Numbered from the stretch's first letter, positions 1-10,752 are shown. The stretch is DNA of 64,000 nucleotides from Alphaproteobacteria bacterium (GCA_024407875.1 JAKSVT010000004.1:6982-70981), one strand, 5' to 3'. The notes: a model not told the origin generated them from the letters alone. Numbers and translations: made by a program.

Positions 1-520
1 AGAACGCTTATTTAGAGGTCTATTAAATTATATTATGCCAATTCAAGGAGTTGAATATATTGAATTCTCAGCACCAGAAAGATTTTCTGGCTCATCAAAA
101 TACTCTTTTAAAAAGAGCTTTGCTTTAGCATTTTCCACAATTGTTCAATTTTCTGTAAAGCCTCTACGTTTTTCAATTTATTTAGGTTTGTTTACAGCGT
201 TTGCTTCGTTGTGTTTAGGCGGATACTTCTTCTTTGAATACTTTTTCTTAAACAATCCTACACCAGGTTTTGCAACAGTTATGGCGACAATGGGCTTTTT
301 AGGTTCAATTCAACTTATTATGTTAGGCATCTTAGGAGAATATATCGGAAAAATTCATTTAGAAGTAAAAAGGCGTCCTTTATATATTGCTGATTTTATA
401 GAAAGCAATCCTTCGAATTCTGAAAAAGAAGAAATCATAGCTAAACCAACAAAGAAATCTTCTACGAAAAAAGTTGTATCTTCAAAAATAAAGAAAATTT
501 ATAAAAAGGCTTCCAAATAA
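1..520 (+). CDS. Glycosyltransferase family 2 (GtrB/ArnC-like), C-terminal part; 5' end lies outside the window
   Basis: The frame is open from nt 2 with no upstream stop. The C-terminal TM-helix region and lysine-rich tail are typical of polyprenol-phosphate GT2 enzymes. The stop overlaps the next start (TAATG). Confidence 0.5.
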   Translation, partial: ERLFRGLLNYIMPIQGVEYIEFSAPERFSGSSKYSFKKSFALAFSTIVQFSVKPLRFSIYLGLFTAFASLCLGGYFFFEYFFLNNPTPGFATVMATMGFLGSIQLIMLGILGEYIGKIHLEVKRRPLYIADFIESNPSNSEKEEIIAKPTKKSSTKKVVSSKIKKIYKKASK

Positions 521-1344
521 TGGTTAACGTAATTGTAAACGCAGATGATTTTGGGGCTACACTTGGTTTAAATGATGCAATTATCAAAGCTCATAAAAAT
601 GGGATTGTAAATTCAACATCATTAATGGTCACATTAAAATATGTGAAAGAAGCTGTAGAAAGTGCAAAACAATTGCCAAATCTAAAAGTTGGTTTACACT
701 TAAATTTAACTAATGAATATTGTGCATCTAATCCAAAGAAAATTTCCTTGCTCGTTGATGAAAAAGGAAAATTTAAAAACGGATTTTTAAATTTATTAAT
801 TTTATCATTTTTGCATCCTTTTAAATTAAGAAAGCAAATATTACATGAAACAATAGCACAAGTATTATTATTCAAAAAAACAGGCTTAACATTATCTCAT
901 ATTGATTCTCATAGGCATGTTCATGCTATACCCGCTATCTTTAGCATAGTAAAAAAAGTAGCAAAAAAATACAACATTCCAAGAATTCGTGTGATTAATG
1001 AAAACTTTTTACATACAATAAAATGTAATAACGATAAATCTTATTTGTTTGATGGCGGCCTTATTAAGCTAATCGTTTTAAAGACTTGTTATTATTTAAA
1101 TCACTATAAAAATGGCACTTATTTTTATACGATTATGTATACAGGTAAAATATTTAAATCTCGCTTTAAAAATTTTAAAATGCCTAAAGGCTATGACAAT
1201 TTAGAAATAGGGATACATCCTGGTAATCCTCAATTGGATAAAGAAGATAAAACAGGTGTATATGATCCTTATGTTTTATTAGAGAATAGAACTAAAGAAT
1301 TTGAAACTGTAATGGATAAAACATTATTAGAAGAAATAATTTAA
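520..1344 (+). CDS. ChbG/HpnK/YdjC-family carbohydrate deacetylase
   Basis: N-terminus 'NADDFG...ND' and 'HxD...HPG' motifs match the YdjC fold; 274 aa. Confidence 0.6.
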   Translation: MVNVIVNADDFGATLGLNDAIIKAHKNGIVNSTSLMVTLKYVKEAVESAKQLPNLKVGLHLNLTNEYCASNPKKISLLVDEKGKFKNGFLNLLILSFLHPFKLRKQILHETIAQVLLFKKTGLTLSHIDSHRHVHAIPAIFSIVKKVAKKYNIPRIRVINENFLHTIKCNNDKSYLFDGGLIKLIVLKTCYYLNHYKNGTYFYTIMYTGKIFKSRFKNFKMPKGYDNLEIGIHPGNPQLDKEDKTGVYDPYVLLENRTKEFETVMDKTLLEEII

Positions 1345-1351
1345 ATAGAGA

Positions 1352-2302
1352 ATGAATATGTCTAAAATTTCAATAATAATTCCTGTATATAATGTAGAAC
1401 AATACCTCCCTGAATGCTTAGATAGTGTTTTAAATCAAACTTACACTGATTTTGAAGCTATTTGTGTAAATGGAGGCTCAACAGATGATTGTGCAAATAT
1501 TTTAAAAAGTTATGAAAAAAAAGACAAACGTATCAAAGTTATAACATGTGAAAATTTAGGTGTTTCATTTGCTAGAAACAAGGCTCTTGATGCGGCTACT
1601 GGTGATTATATAGCATTTTTAGATAGTGATGACGCTTATGCTCCAGATTTTTTAGATAAGTTATTTAAAGCTCTTAAAAGTAATGATGCTGATGTAGCTT
1701 GGTCAAATTTTTATGCTAGCGAAGAAAATCCTTTCAAACAAAAATCTGACAAAAAAACTTCTCCTATTATTTCTTATTATAATAATATTTTTAATCAATA
1801 TATCTTAGAAACAGCTAACTTAGGTCAAGCTATTTGGAACAAACTTTACAAAAAAGATATCATCGGTAATTTACGTTTTAATACAAACATTGCAATTGCT
1901 GAAGATTTATTATTTTTACATCAAGTACTATATAATGCTAAAGTTGGAGTTTTGGTAAATGAAGATTTACATTTTTATAGAAAACGCCCACAATCAGCAA
2001 TGAATAGTGGATTTTCTAAAAAAATTATTGATGGAAATATTCAAATGGCAGCATCTGTTTATGAATATTTTAAAGAAAAAGAAATGCCGGAAAACATTAA
2101 AAAGGTTTTACAACAAAAAACATCCAAACGTATCTTTAAATTTGCAGTTTTAGAACCTGCTCGTAAAGATAAAAAGAACAAAGATACATGGTACAATTAT
2201 ACAAGGCCTATAATTAAAGAATTAATCGATAATGGCAATTTCAATCCAAAAACATTATCCTTAAAGCATAGAATAAAGCTTAAGTTTTGGCTTAAGAAAT
2301 AA
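1352..2302 (+). CDS. Glycosyltransferase family 2
   Basis: 'IIIPVYNVEQYL...' and the 'LDSDD' DxD motif; 316 aa. Confidence 0.75.
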   Translation: MNMSKISIIIPVYNVEQYLPECLDSVLNQTYTDFEAICVNGGSTDDCANILKSYEKKDKRIKVITCENLGVSFARNKALDAATGDYIAFLDSDDAYAPDFLDKLFKALKSNDADVAWSNFYASEENPFKQKSDKKTSPIISYYNNIFNQYILETANLGQAIWNKLYKKDIIGNLRFNTNIAIAEDLLFLHQVLYNAKVGVLVNEDLHFYRKRPQSAMNSGFSKKIIDGNIQMAASVYEYFKEKEMPENIKKVLQQKTSKRIFKFAVLEPARKDKKNKDTWYNYTRPIIKELIDNGNFNPKTLSLKHRIKLKFWLKK

Positions 2303-2311
2303 CTCTTTAAA

Positions 2312-3139
2312 TTACAAATATTTTTTATAGTTCTTAAATCCTAGTTTACCTAAGAAAATACGCTTTTTCATTTTAGAGCAATATTTTTTGTATGTATTAG
2401 TGTTTTCTTCTTGTACAAGCATAGGCAATTCAAGAACCTTTAATTCTGAATGACATGCTAAATAAACAGACATTAACCTTTCGGACAAATATCCATAAAC
2501 TCTTCTTTGAATAGCATCCCTATTTTCAACGTCTTTTTGAATTTTATTTTCAACAAAAAACAATATGTCAAACAACCATTTTGCATAATTATCAAAAGCT
2601 TCTTTTTTTGCAATAATCATATTACAAAAATGTCCTCTTGTTGAATTTTCTAAAACTTTTTTTGCTGTTTCATAATCATTAGGATAAACTTCTTTAATAG
2701 CTTCTAATGTAGCATCCATATCCGAAGATAAATGATCTCTATTATATTTTTCTCTCAAAGAACAGCCTATATCCATAGTCTTTGGAACTATTATATCGTT
2801 TTCTTTTATCAAATTTTCCAAATTAGTTTTGTTAATACCAAATTTTTCAGCAAAATCTGGATTAATTTTATCAAACATAGTCCATAAATTTTTAAAATTG
2901 AAATATCTACGATAATGACATAATCCAACAACATCAGCTGTTGCATTTTTCCAAATCCAATATGTTACTGTCAATTCACAAAAATTAAGGTTTTTGGATG
3001 AAATATTATCACCTGTATCATCACCAATCATTTCAAGCTTATTTTTTGCAATAGATCTTCCACCTTGAATTGGAACAATAATATCACTATTAACTACTGG
3101 AGCTTCTTTATGATAGCATGTAAAAATTTGAAAATTCAT
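2312..3139 (-). CDS. DUF4422-domain protein (polysaccharide-cluster associated, putative glycosyltransferase)
   Basis: Motifs 'CYHK', 'GDNIS.KN', 'ELT.TYWIWKN' and 'GLCHYRRYF' are characteristic of DUF4422. Confidence 0.55.
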   Translation of the reverse strand: MNFQIFTCYHKEAPVVNSDIIVPIQGGRSIAKNKLEMIGDDTGDNISSKNLNFCELTVTYWIWKNATADVVGLCHYRRYFNFKNLWTMFDKINPDFAEKFGINKTNLENLIKENDIIVPKTMDIGCSLREKYNRDHLSSDMDATLEAIKEVYPNDYETAKKVLENSTRGHFCNMIIAKKEAFDNYAKWLFDILFFVENKIQKDVENRDAIQRRVYGYLSERLMSVYLACHSELKVLELPMLVQEENTNTYKKYCSKMKKRIFLGKLGFKNYKKYL

Positions 3140-3269
3140 TGTAAAACCTTTCTTTAAATTTTTAACTTTCTACTATATATTCCGATTTTTTTCAATATTA
3201 TCTACCAAATTAGATTTACTTTTTCTGTTTATAGAGATATTCTTTTTTGACCATTTAAGGAGCCTATTC

Positions 3270-4139
3270 ATGGATTATTCTGATACTAAAATCGCATATA
3301 AAATTTCAATAGTAAGTATCATAGTTAATTTTCTACTTACTATTTTTAAATTATTTGCAGGAATAGTTGGCAAATCAGGAGCAATGATTTCAGATGCAAT
3401 ACATTCTGCATCTGATGTTTTTAGTACATTCATTGTTATGATTGGAATACATTTATCCAAAAAAGAGTGCGATGACGATCATGAATACGGACATGAACGT
3501 TATGAATGTGTAGCCGCAATCATTCTTGCTACTTTACTTGGCTATACAGGCATTGAAATTGGTTGGTCAGGATACAAAAAAATTGTTTCCAATGAAGAAA
3601 TTGTTATTCCAAAAACAATAGCTTTAATTTCAGCTTTAATTTCCATTTTAACTAAAGAAGCAATGTTTTGGTATACAAGACATGGAGCAAAAAAAATTAA
3701 TTCTTCTGCGTTAATGGCAGATGCTTGGCATCATAGATCTGATGCATTATCATCAATTGGTGCTTTTATCGGTATCTTAGGAGCAAGAATTGGTTATCCT
3801 ATACTAGAGCCAATCGCAACAATATTAATTAGCTTTTGTATATTATACGCAACATATGAAATCTTTATAGATGCCACAAATAAAATGGTTGATAAATCAT
3901 GTGATAAAGAAACTGAAGAAAAAATTCGTCAAATTACTTTAAATCAAGAAGGGGTAATATCTATTGATTGGTTATCTACTAGATTATTTGGCTCAAAAAT
4001 TTATGTAGATATAGAGTTTTCTGCTAAAGGAGATTTAACTTTAACTGAAGCTCATGGTATAGCTGCAAAAGTTCATGATGAAATTGAAACTCAAATGCCT
4101 TATGTAAAGCATTGTATGGTACATGTAAATCCAAAATAG
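3270..4139 (+). CDS. Cation diffusion facilitator (CDF) family metal efflux transporter
   Basis: TM helices carry 'HSASD' and 'WHHRSDALSS' metal-binding motifs; a cytoplasmic C-domain is present. Confidence 0.8.
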   Translation: MDYSDTKIAYKISIVSIIVNFLLTIFKLFAGIVGKSGAMISDAIHSASDVFSTFIVMIGIHLSKKECDDDHEYGHERYECVAAIILATLLGYTGIEIGWSGYKKIVSNEEIVIPKTIALISALISILTKEAMFWYTRHGAKKINSSALMADAWHHRSDALSSIGAFIGILGARIGYPILEPIATILISFCILYATYEIFIDATNKMVDKSCDKETEEKIRQITLNQEGVISIDWLSTRLFGSKIYVDIEFSAKGDLTLTEAHGIAAKVHDEIETQMPYVKHCMVHVNPK

Positions 4140-4142
4140 CTT

Positions 4143-4691
4143 TTATACTTTTTTACTATCTCTAGCAGAATATGGACAGCCACAATAATTTTGTGAATAC
4201 ATTTTAGTTTCTTTTATTAAATATTGACGACGTTGTTCCAAACCACCTTTACGCCAATTTGTTAAATCGTATTCTACACCAGTTTTAATAGAGGCTTTTG
4301 TAGCTTCTTCATTTACTTGGTCTAAGTTCTTATACCTTGAAATTCCAAGAACAGAAGACACCTTATCAAACCCATGTTCTTTTGCATATTCCATTGTTTT
4401 TTCTAATCTATAATAAAAACATTTAGAACAGCGTTTCCCTCTTTCAGGTTCATTTTCTAAACCTTTAATCACGTTTTCCCAATCTTCGTGGTTATAAGAT
4501 AATTCTATAACGTCTACATCGTATTTTTTACAAAAATTAATCTGCTCATTTTTTCTTTTTTCATATTCTTCAAATGGAAAAATATTAGGATTAAAAAACA
4601 TAACAGCAAATTCTACTTTATCTATTGCTAATTTTTCAATTACAGCACAAGAACAAGGTGCACAACACGACAATAATAGCAATTTACTCAT
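4143..4691 (-). CDS. queH: Epoxyqueuosine reductase QueH (DUF208)
   Basis: N-terminal 'LLLLSCCAPCS' cysteine cluster and further Cys motifs ('CSKC', 'CGCPY'); 182 aa. Confidence 0.75.
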   Translation of the reverse strand: MSKLLLLSCCAPCSCAVIEKLAIDKVEFAVMFFNPNIFPFEEYEKRKNEQINFCKKYDVDVIELSYNHEDWENVIKGLENEPERGKRCSKCFYYRLEKTMEYAKEHGFDKVSSVLGISRYKNLDQVNEEATKASIKTGVEYDLTNWRKGGLEQRRQYLIKETKMYSQNYCGCPYSARDSKKV

Positions 4692-4703
4692 TACAAATTT
4701 CTT

Positions 4704-5471
4704 TTAAATAAATTGTTCGTCCATAATACGATCTTGCAAATTATACTTTACATCAAACAACAAATGTATTTCTACAGATTTATCCATTAAAACTTTAACT
4801 TCACTAACTTGTTTTAATTCCATATAATCAGCCACCGCATTAACTGGACGTTTATAAGGTTGATGTATTTTAAACAACACCTCTGTATCCTGTGTCAAAA
4901 TAGATCCTTGCCATCTTCTTGGCCTAAATGGACTTACAGGTGTTAATGCTAGAACATTTGAATTTAAAGGTAATACAGGTCCTCTAACAGAAAAGTTATA
5001 TGCCGTGCTTCCTGCTGGAGTTGAAATCAATACACCATCACATATTAAGTCTGCTAAACGTTCTATACCATTTATTGAAATAGAAATATCAGCTGCTTGA
5101 GAACTATGTCTAAACAATGAAACATCATTTAAAGCTAAAGCTTCCATTTCCTTATTAGCTGAAATAGCTGTCATTTTAAGAGGATGCAAAATAGCAGATT
5201 GAGAATTTTCTAAATCTTCCAAAAATCTATCAGGATTATAATTGTTTAATAAAAAACCTACATTACCTAAGTTTAATCCATAAAAAGGAATCCCTTTTGT
5301 AATATACTTATGCATTGTTTTTAATAAAAAGCCATCGCCACCAAGAGGAACAATTACATCTGCTTTAGATGCACTATATTGTCCAAAAGTTTTTGTTAAA
5401 TAAGCAAATGCATCTTGAGCTTTTTCTGTTTTATCGGCCGTAAAGTAGAGCTTCTTCATATATTTTTCCAT
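4704..5471 (-). CDS. nadK: NAD+ kinase
   Basis: 'GGDGFLL' and 'NDV..' motifs; 255 aa. Confidence 0.8.
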   Translation of the reverse strand: MEKYMKKLYFTADKTEKAQDAFAYLTKTFGQYSASKADVIVPLGGDGFLLKTMHKYITKGIPFYGLNLGNVGFLLNNYNPDRFLEDLENSQSAILHPLKMTAISANKEMEALALNDVSLFRHSSQAADISISINGIERLADLICDGVLISTPAGSTAYNFSVRGPVLPLNSNVLALTPVSPFRPRRWQGSILTQDTEVLFKIHQPYKRPVNAVADYMELKQVSEVKVLMDKSVEIHLLFDVKYNLQDRIMDEQFI

Positions 5472-5575
5472 TAATGCCTAATAGATATACAACTATTTAA
5501 TATAGACTTTTTATATTAAAGATAATATAACATAAAAATAAATAATTTATAAAGTATTACGTGGATTTATAAAAA

Positions 5576-6196
5576 ATGAAGTCTATTTTAAAATTTTTCT
5601 TATTTACTATTAGTTTTTTTATCTGCTTAGATGTTGAAGCAGCATCAGAAAGTGCTAAAGAATTTGCAGCTCAACCTGATCAAGCAAAGCCATTACCTGC
5701 AAATGCTACAAAATTAACAGAAAAAGATATTAAAGCAACTAAGCCTATGGATTTTAAAGAATTGGCCCATTTTGCTAGAGATTGGCGTAAATATCAACAA
5801 TGGTTAAAACAAAACAACAACCAATATAGTGCTGTTGCTTATTTAGGAGTTTCAAATTCAACTGATTATCCTCCTGAAGTATTAAGATGGGTAGACGAAC
5901 ATAATTGGACTGCTGATAGATTTTTCTTATTAGAAGCAAAAATAAGACAAACTCTTGTTATTATTCGTCAAGAAGAAAAACGTGAAAGTTTAGTAAACCA
6001 CTTACGTCAACAAGCAGAAGATATCAAATCTAATGATTCCTTAACAAAAGAACAAAGAAAAAATTTATCAAATCAAATCTATGATGATATGCGTAAAGTT
6101 AGAAAAGAAACTTCTGAAAAAGCTCCTGTAACTCCTACAGAATACGATATGATTAAATTAAATAAAGAAGCTTTAGGTGCTATCTTAAATGAGTAG
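5576..6196 (+). CDS. Hypothetical secreted protein
   Basis: N-terminal signal peptide (MKSILKFFLFTISFFICLDVEA/AS); charged, low-complexity C-terminal region. Confidence 0.45.
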   Translation: MKSILKFFLFTISFFICLDVEAASESAKEFAAQPDQAKPLPANATKLTEKDIKATKPMDFKELAHFARDWRKYQQWLKQNNNQYSAVAYLGVSNSTDYPPEVLRWVDEHNWTADRFFLLEAKIRQTLVIIRQEEKRESLVNHLRQQAEDIKSNDSLTKEQRKNLSNQIYDDMRKVRKETSEKAPVTPTEYDMIKLNKEALGAILNE

Positions 6197-6203
6197 TTTT
6201 TTA

Positions 6204-6236
6204 AAGGCTTTGTTGTTAAAACAAAGCCTTTTTTAT
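6204..6236. terminator. Rho-independent terminator (bidirectional, between convergent genes)
   Basis: 9-bp stem AAGGCTTTG/CAAAGCCTT with a 9-nt loop, followed by TTTTTT. Confidence 0.6.
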
Positions 6237-6238
6237 AA

Positions 6239-7813
6239 CTAACAATTTGTTCTAGTTTCTAAAAATTCAATCTTTGGATAGTCCTCTTTAGCTTTACCTA
6301 AATGCCATGCATTTCTTGCTAAGAATACCCAATTATTATCATGATCTGTTGCAATTGAACCTTTATTTGTATTTACAAAATTTTCTAATGTAGCATTATC
6401 AGGAGCTTTAACCCAACGTGCTGTATACAATGTTGTAGGTTCAAATATTACAGGTATCTCATATTCAGTTCTAATACGATCAGCCAAAACATCAAATTGT
6501 AACGCGCCAACAACACCTACAATCCAATCTGTACCAATTTGAGGTTTAAATACACTAGCTCCGCCCTCTTCAGCAATTTCTTGTAAAGCTTTGCCTAAAT
6601 GTTTTGCTTTTAAAGGATCTGTAGAACGAACTTTTTGTAGCAACTCTGGAGCAAAGCTTGGAATACCTGTAAATGTTAAGTTTTCACCTTCACTTAAAGC
6701 ATCACCAATACGTAAATTACCATGATTTGGTAAACCAATAATATCTCCAGGTAAAGCTTCTTCAGCTAATTCACGTTCTTGTGCTAAGAACATAATAGGA
6801 TTATGCATTGGCAAATATTTTCCAGAACGAACATGTAATAATTTCATACCACGTTGAAAATGTCCTGAGCATAAACGAACAAATGCTATTCTATCCCTAT
6901 GTTTTGGATCCATATTAGCTTGTATTTTAAATACAAATCCAGCAACTTTATTTTCAACAGGTTCAATAGTTCTGCTTACAGCTTTTTGAGGTCTTGGTGA
7001 TGGAGCAAACTTTACTAACCCATCAATTAATTGACGAACACCAAAATTATTCACAGCTGAACCAAAAAATACTGGTGTCATTGTACCTTGTAAATAAGCC
7101 TCTACATCAAATTCAGGGCATAAACCTCGAACCATTTCAACATCAGAACGTAATTTTTCACATTGATCTTGAGGAATTAATTCATCAATTTTCTTGTCTT
7201 CTAAGCCTTTGCAAACTTCACCCTCTTCAGTAGAACCTTTGCTAATTAATGCTAATCTATCATTTAATAAATCATAGCAGCCTTTAAAATCCCTTCCTGA
7301 ACCAATTGGCCAACTAACAGGAGAAACATCCAAAGCTAACTCTTCTTCAATTTGTTCTAATAAAGCAAAACAATCTCTAGAATCACGATCCATTTTATTA
7401 ATAAATGTGATAATAGGAACATCTCTTAATCTGCAAACTTCAAATAACTTTCGTGTTCTTTCTTCGATACCTTTTGCAGCATCAATAACCATAACAGCAG
7501 AATCAACAGCTGTTAACACACGATATGTATCTTCAGAGAAGTCTTCGTGCCCCGGTGTATCTAATAAATTGAATGTACATCCATTATATTCAAATGTCAT
7601 AACAGCAGAAGCAACAGAAATACCGCGTTCCTGTTCTACCTTCATCCAGTCTGAATGAGCTCTACGTTGTTCACCACGTGCTTTAACAGCACCTGCCATT
7701 TGAATAGCACCTCCGAACAACAATAATTTTTCTGTTAATGTTGTTTTACCAGCATCCGGGTGAGAAATAATCGCAAACGTCCGGCGTTTCTTTGTTTCTT
7801 CCGCCAAATTCAT
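6239..7813 (-). CDS. prfC: Peptide chain release factor 3
   Basis: GTPase motifs 'AIISHPDAGKTT', 'DTPGH' and 'NKMD'; 524 aa. Confidence 0.9.
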   Translation of the reverse strand: MNLAEETKKRRTFAIISHPDAGKTTLTEKLLLFGGAIQMAGAVKARGEQRRAHSDWMKVEQERGISVASAVMTFEYNGCTFNLLDTPGHEDFSEDTYRVLTAVDSAVMVIDAAKGIEERTRKLFEVCRLRDVPIITFINKMDRDSRDCFALLEQIEEELALDVSPVSWPIGSGRDFKGCYDLLNDRLALISKGSTEEGEVCKGLEDKKIDELIPQDQCEKLRSDVEMVRGLCPEFDVEAYLQGTMTPVFFGSAVNNFGVRQLIDGLVKFAPSPRPQKAVSRTIEPVENKVAGFVFKIQANMDPKHRDRIAFVRLCSGHFQRGMKLLHVRSGKYLPMHNPIMFLAQERELAEEALPGDIIGLPNHGNLRIGDALSEGENLTFTGIPSFAPELLQKVRSTDPLKAKHLGKALQEIAEEGGASVFKPQIGTDWIVGVVGALQFDVLADRIRTEYEIPVIFEPTTLYTARWVKAPDNATLENFVNTNKGSIATDHDNNWVFLARNAWHLGKAKEDYPKIEFLETRTNC

Positions 7814-7837
7814 TTTAATACACCTTAAAAAAAATAA

Positions 7838-8515
7838 TTAATCTAAAGGACCTTTTTTATTTTGAACAATACCAAGAGAAATTATCATTTTTAATCCCTC
7901 TTCCACTGGTATATTCAAAGGAATAACATCTTCCTTACGATATATTCCCCAATAACCCCCTGTTGGGTTAGGTGTTGTAGGAACATATACAGAAACATAA
8001 TCTTGTTTAGGTAAAGCCTCTGTCACTACTTGAGGAACATCACCTGTAACAAATGCCATAGTCCAAACGTCATCTCGTGGAAATCTTACCATCACTACCT
8101 GGCGAAAAGCATTTGTCTTCTTTGAGAAAATTGTTTCAAATAATTGTCTAAAAGTAGAATAAATACCATTAATAAAAGGTATTTTTTCCCATATTTTGTT
8201 CCATAAGCGAACAAGGACTTTTCCAATATATCCTGTTGTAAAGCATCCAAGCAAAATCAAAAAAGCAATTATAATTACAAATCCGACACCAGGAACTGTA
8301 ATAAATTTATATTTATCAGCTAACTTATCAGCAGGAATTAATCCATCAATAAAATTTATAAAAACAACAGCTAAATAAATAGTTAATGCAGGAGGAGCTG
8401 CTACTAATAAACCAGTAAAGAAATAATTACGCAATCTACCTAAAATTCTACCAAAAAAACCAGGCTTAGCTTTTTGAGCTTCGACTACAACTTCGTTTAC
8501 TTGTTCAGCACTCAT
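7838..8515 (-). CDS. DUF502-family membrane protein
   Basis: N-terminal TM segment and conserved DUF502 core; 225 aa. Confidence 0.55.
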   Translation of the reverse strand: MSAEQVNEVVVEAQKAKPGFFGRILGRLRNYFFTGLLVAAPPALTIYLAVVFINFIDGLIPADKLADKYKFITVPGVGFVIIIAFLILLGCFTTGYIGKVLVRLWNKIWEKIPFINGIYSTFRQLFETIFSKKTNAFRQVVMVRFPRDDVWTMAFVTGDVPQVVTEALPKQDYVSVYVPTTPNPTGGYWGIYRKEDVIPLNIPVEEGLKMIISLGIVQNKKGPLD

Positions 8516-8534
8516 AGTTAAAATCCAATTTAAA

Positions 8535-8891
8535 TTAAGCTAATTCTAACAATCCTGTATCAATAGCTTTTAACATAACAGCAACATCTCTCCAACCAGG
8601 AACAGGTTTGCCGTCATCCATAAACAAATCAACGCCTTTACGGAAGCAATATTCATAAACTTCTTCAGGATCTGATTCTAAAATTTCATCCCATAATGAC
8701 TCCATTTTTGGATTATCATAATCAGGAACGTCACCGAAAATACCATATAATACACTATCACGATCATCTGTAAACATCATTGCTGCCAAAGGCTCTGCAG
8801 AAACTTGTTCAGCACGTTTTGCCTTTTCTTCAGGTGTAGGAACATAAATAGCAGCGTGTATTAAATTCTCTTCATTATATTTATTTGACAA
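8535..8891 (-). CDS. Hypothetical protein
   Basis: 118-aa ORF tightly packed between flanking genes; no motif recognised. Confidence 0.4.
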   Translation of the reverse strand: MSNKYNEENLIHAAIYVPTPEEKAKRAEQVSAEPLAAMMFTDDRDSVLYGIFGDVPDYDNPKMESLWDEILESDPEEVYEYCFRKGVDLFMDDGKPVPGWRDVAVMLKAIDTGLLELA

Positions 8892-9070
8892 AACAATATT
8901 CCTTTATAAATATATTTTTCTTGAAATTACTTTAACCGAAAAACACTTAACGAATCAAGCATTCTTTTAATAAAATCAATGATTTTTTCTATAATAAAAA
9001 GAAAAGAGGAAGCTATTATGCCTCCCCCTCTCTCTTTTTTTACAATTGGAGAATTAAATGTAAAATTTTA

Positions 9071-10114
9071 TTATCTTGATTGTCCAGCTATACGAGCTTT
9101 TACAGCTGTATTCAATTGAGCTTTAGACTTTTCTTCTTGCTTAATACGTTCTTCTGTTGTGAATTGGAAGTATTTTGGCAATTCAGTAAAGCCTTTATAT
9201 AAAGGAACCATCTTTTCTTCATATTTTGCTGCAACTTCAGGTTCTTTTTCTCTAAAGCCAGCTAAAGTTCCTAAATGTCCTGCTGCTCCTAATTTATAGT
9301 CAGACATTTCATTAATTTTGTTGTACATATCTTGTGTAGCAGGTTCAACTTCTGAGCCATGTGCTTGCCATGCGAAGTTTACACCCATACGTACGAATCC
9401 ACCATCAGATTTAATGTTATCACCAACCATAACTGTTGTATCTGGTGTTGCTCCATGAGCTTTAATGATAGCATCCATAACACCTAAATTTGGTTTCCAT
9501 ACGTCGCCACCATTAATCATCAACTTATCGCCTAATTTTTCAGCTAACTTATCACGATAAATTGTGCAATCGCTTCCTGTTACTTGCATTGGAGCATCAA
9601 CAAACTTGTATTTTCCATCAACCATTTCTGTTGTGCAGTCTGCACGGCATACTAAACCATCAATCATATCAATTGGGAAGTTCATATCTTGCAAACGTGC
9701 AATAGCACCAGATACTGGAGAATCTGTATACATAACAAACTTTGCTCCACCTTGGTGAATTTTATTAATTGTTTCACGAACACCAAAGTATGTCTTGTTA
9801 CCAGAGTGGTAAATTTTAGCAACTTCGTGTTCTGCACGAGCATCTAAAATAGCTAATTTAGCTGCTTCTTCTTTTGATTTACCTTCATATGACAATGCTG
9901 GTACTTGTCCTTGAATATCTGAGAAGTTATGGAAACGTGCATAACCTTCTGCAGTATCACGAACTTCTTTATATAATTCATCTTTATCCATACCACGAGC
10001 TTCAGCCATCATTTCGATGCCCTTATCCCATGCTGTTGACCAGTTATCGAAGTAATCAGAGATTGTATTATCAATATCGCTAACTACTAATGATACAGCT
10101 TTCTTTTCACTCAT
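9071..10114 (-). CDS. HAD-superfamily hydrolase
   Basis: Motif I 'DIDNT', motif II 'YTDS' and motif IV 'GDNIKSD'; 347 aa. Confidence 0.55.
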   Translation of the reverse strand: MSEKKAVSLVVSDIDNTISDYFDNWSTAWDKGIEMMAEARGMDKDELYKEVRDTAEGYARFHNFSDIQGQVPALSYEGKSKEEAAKLAILDARAEHEVAKIYHSGNKTYFGVRETINKIHQGGAKFVMYTDSPVSGAIARLQDMNFPIDMIDGLVCRADCTTEMVDGKYKFVDAPMQVTGSDCTIYRDKLAEKLGDKLMINGGDVWKPNLGVMDAIIKAHGATPDTTVMVGDNIKSDGGFVRMGVNFAWQAHGSEVEPATQDMYNKINEMSDYKLGAAGHLGTLAGFREKEPEVAAKYEEKMVPLYKGFTELPKYFQFTTEERIKQEEKSKAQLNTAVKARIAGQSR

Positions 10115-10310
10115 TTTATTTGCCCTTTTGTAAAAAAATAATATTCGTTCTTATTATCTATTCTTATACAATGTTTTTTTTCGTTTTTCAACACATTTTT
10201 TTGTCTAAAAGCGTTTTTTTTGAAAAAATATAGACAAAACAACATTATTTTTGATTTTTTCATAAAAACGAAGTAAATACCTCATTAAAATACATTATAG
10301 GACACGTAAA

Positions 10311-10745
10311 ATGGCAGTAAATGACTCTTTATTAAAAGACAAAACAGGATTTTTTAGAAAAATAGAATCAGACAAACCCGAAACTATTAGAGCCCTTGAA
10401 ATTTCTACGCTTGCAACAGACGTAGGTTTTGAATGGGATAATGCTTTTCAAATTTTAGACAAAGTTTATGAAGAATTAACTGAGCTAAAAATTGAAATGG
10501 AATCCGTTAATCATACTAAAGAACGATTAGATGAAATGGGCGATGTTTTCTTCGTATGTGTAAATCTAGCTAGAAAATTAGGAATAAATCCAGAAGAGGC
10601 TCTTCATCATGCAAACGAAAAGTTTATGCGTAGATTTTCCTACATCGCAAACACTTTATCTGAACGCGACATTAAATTCGAAGACACTTCATTAGATCAA
10701 ATGGAAGAATTATGGCAAGAAGCTAAAAGAATAGAAAAAAAATAA
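10311..10745 (+). CDS. MazG-family nucleotide pyrophosphohydrolase
   Basis: 'EE.TELK.E', 'GDVFF...ARKLGINPEEAL' and 'KFMRRF' motifs. Confidence 0.6.
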   Translation: MAVNDSLLKDKTGFFRKIESDKPETIRALEISTLATDVGFEWDNAFQILDKVYEELTELKIEMESVNHTKERLDEMGDVFFVCVNLARKLGINPEEALHHANEKFMRRFSYIANTLSERDIKFEDTSLDQMEELWQEAKRIEKK

Positions 10746-10752
10746 AATTTGC

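Noticed and set aside
6994-7658. Small + strand ORFs inside prfC (6994..7233, 7407..7658). Other antisense ORFs inside der, the HAD gene, nhaA, oadA and rarA fall in the same category.
   Set aside because: They are embedded antisense within strongly supported conserved genes and have no RBS or motif. They are AT-rich chance ORFs.
8940-9060. Possible hairpin 'GAGGAAGC...GCCTCCCCCTCTC' downstream of the HAD-family gene
   Set aside because: The arms are not properly complementary (only GAGG/CCTC pair), so there is no convincing terminator.
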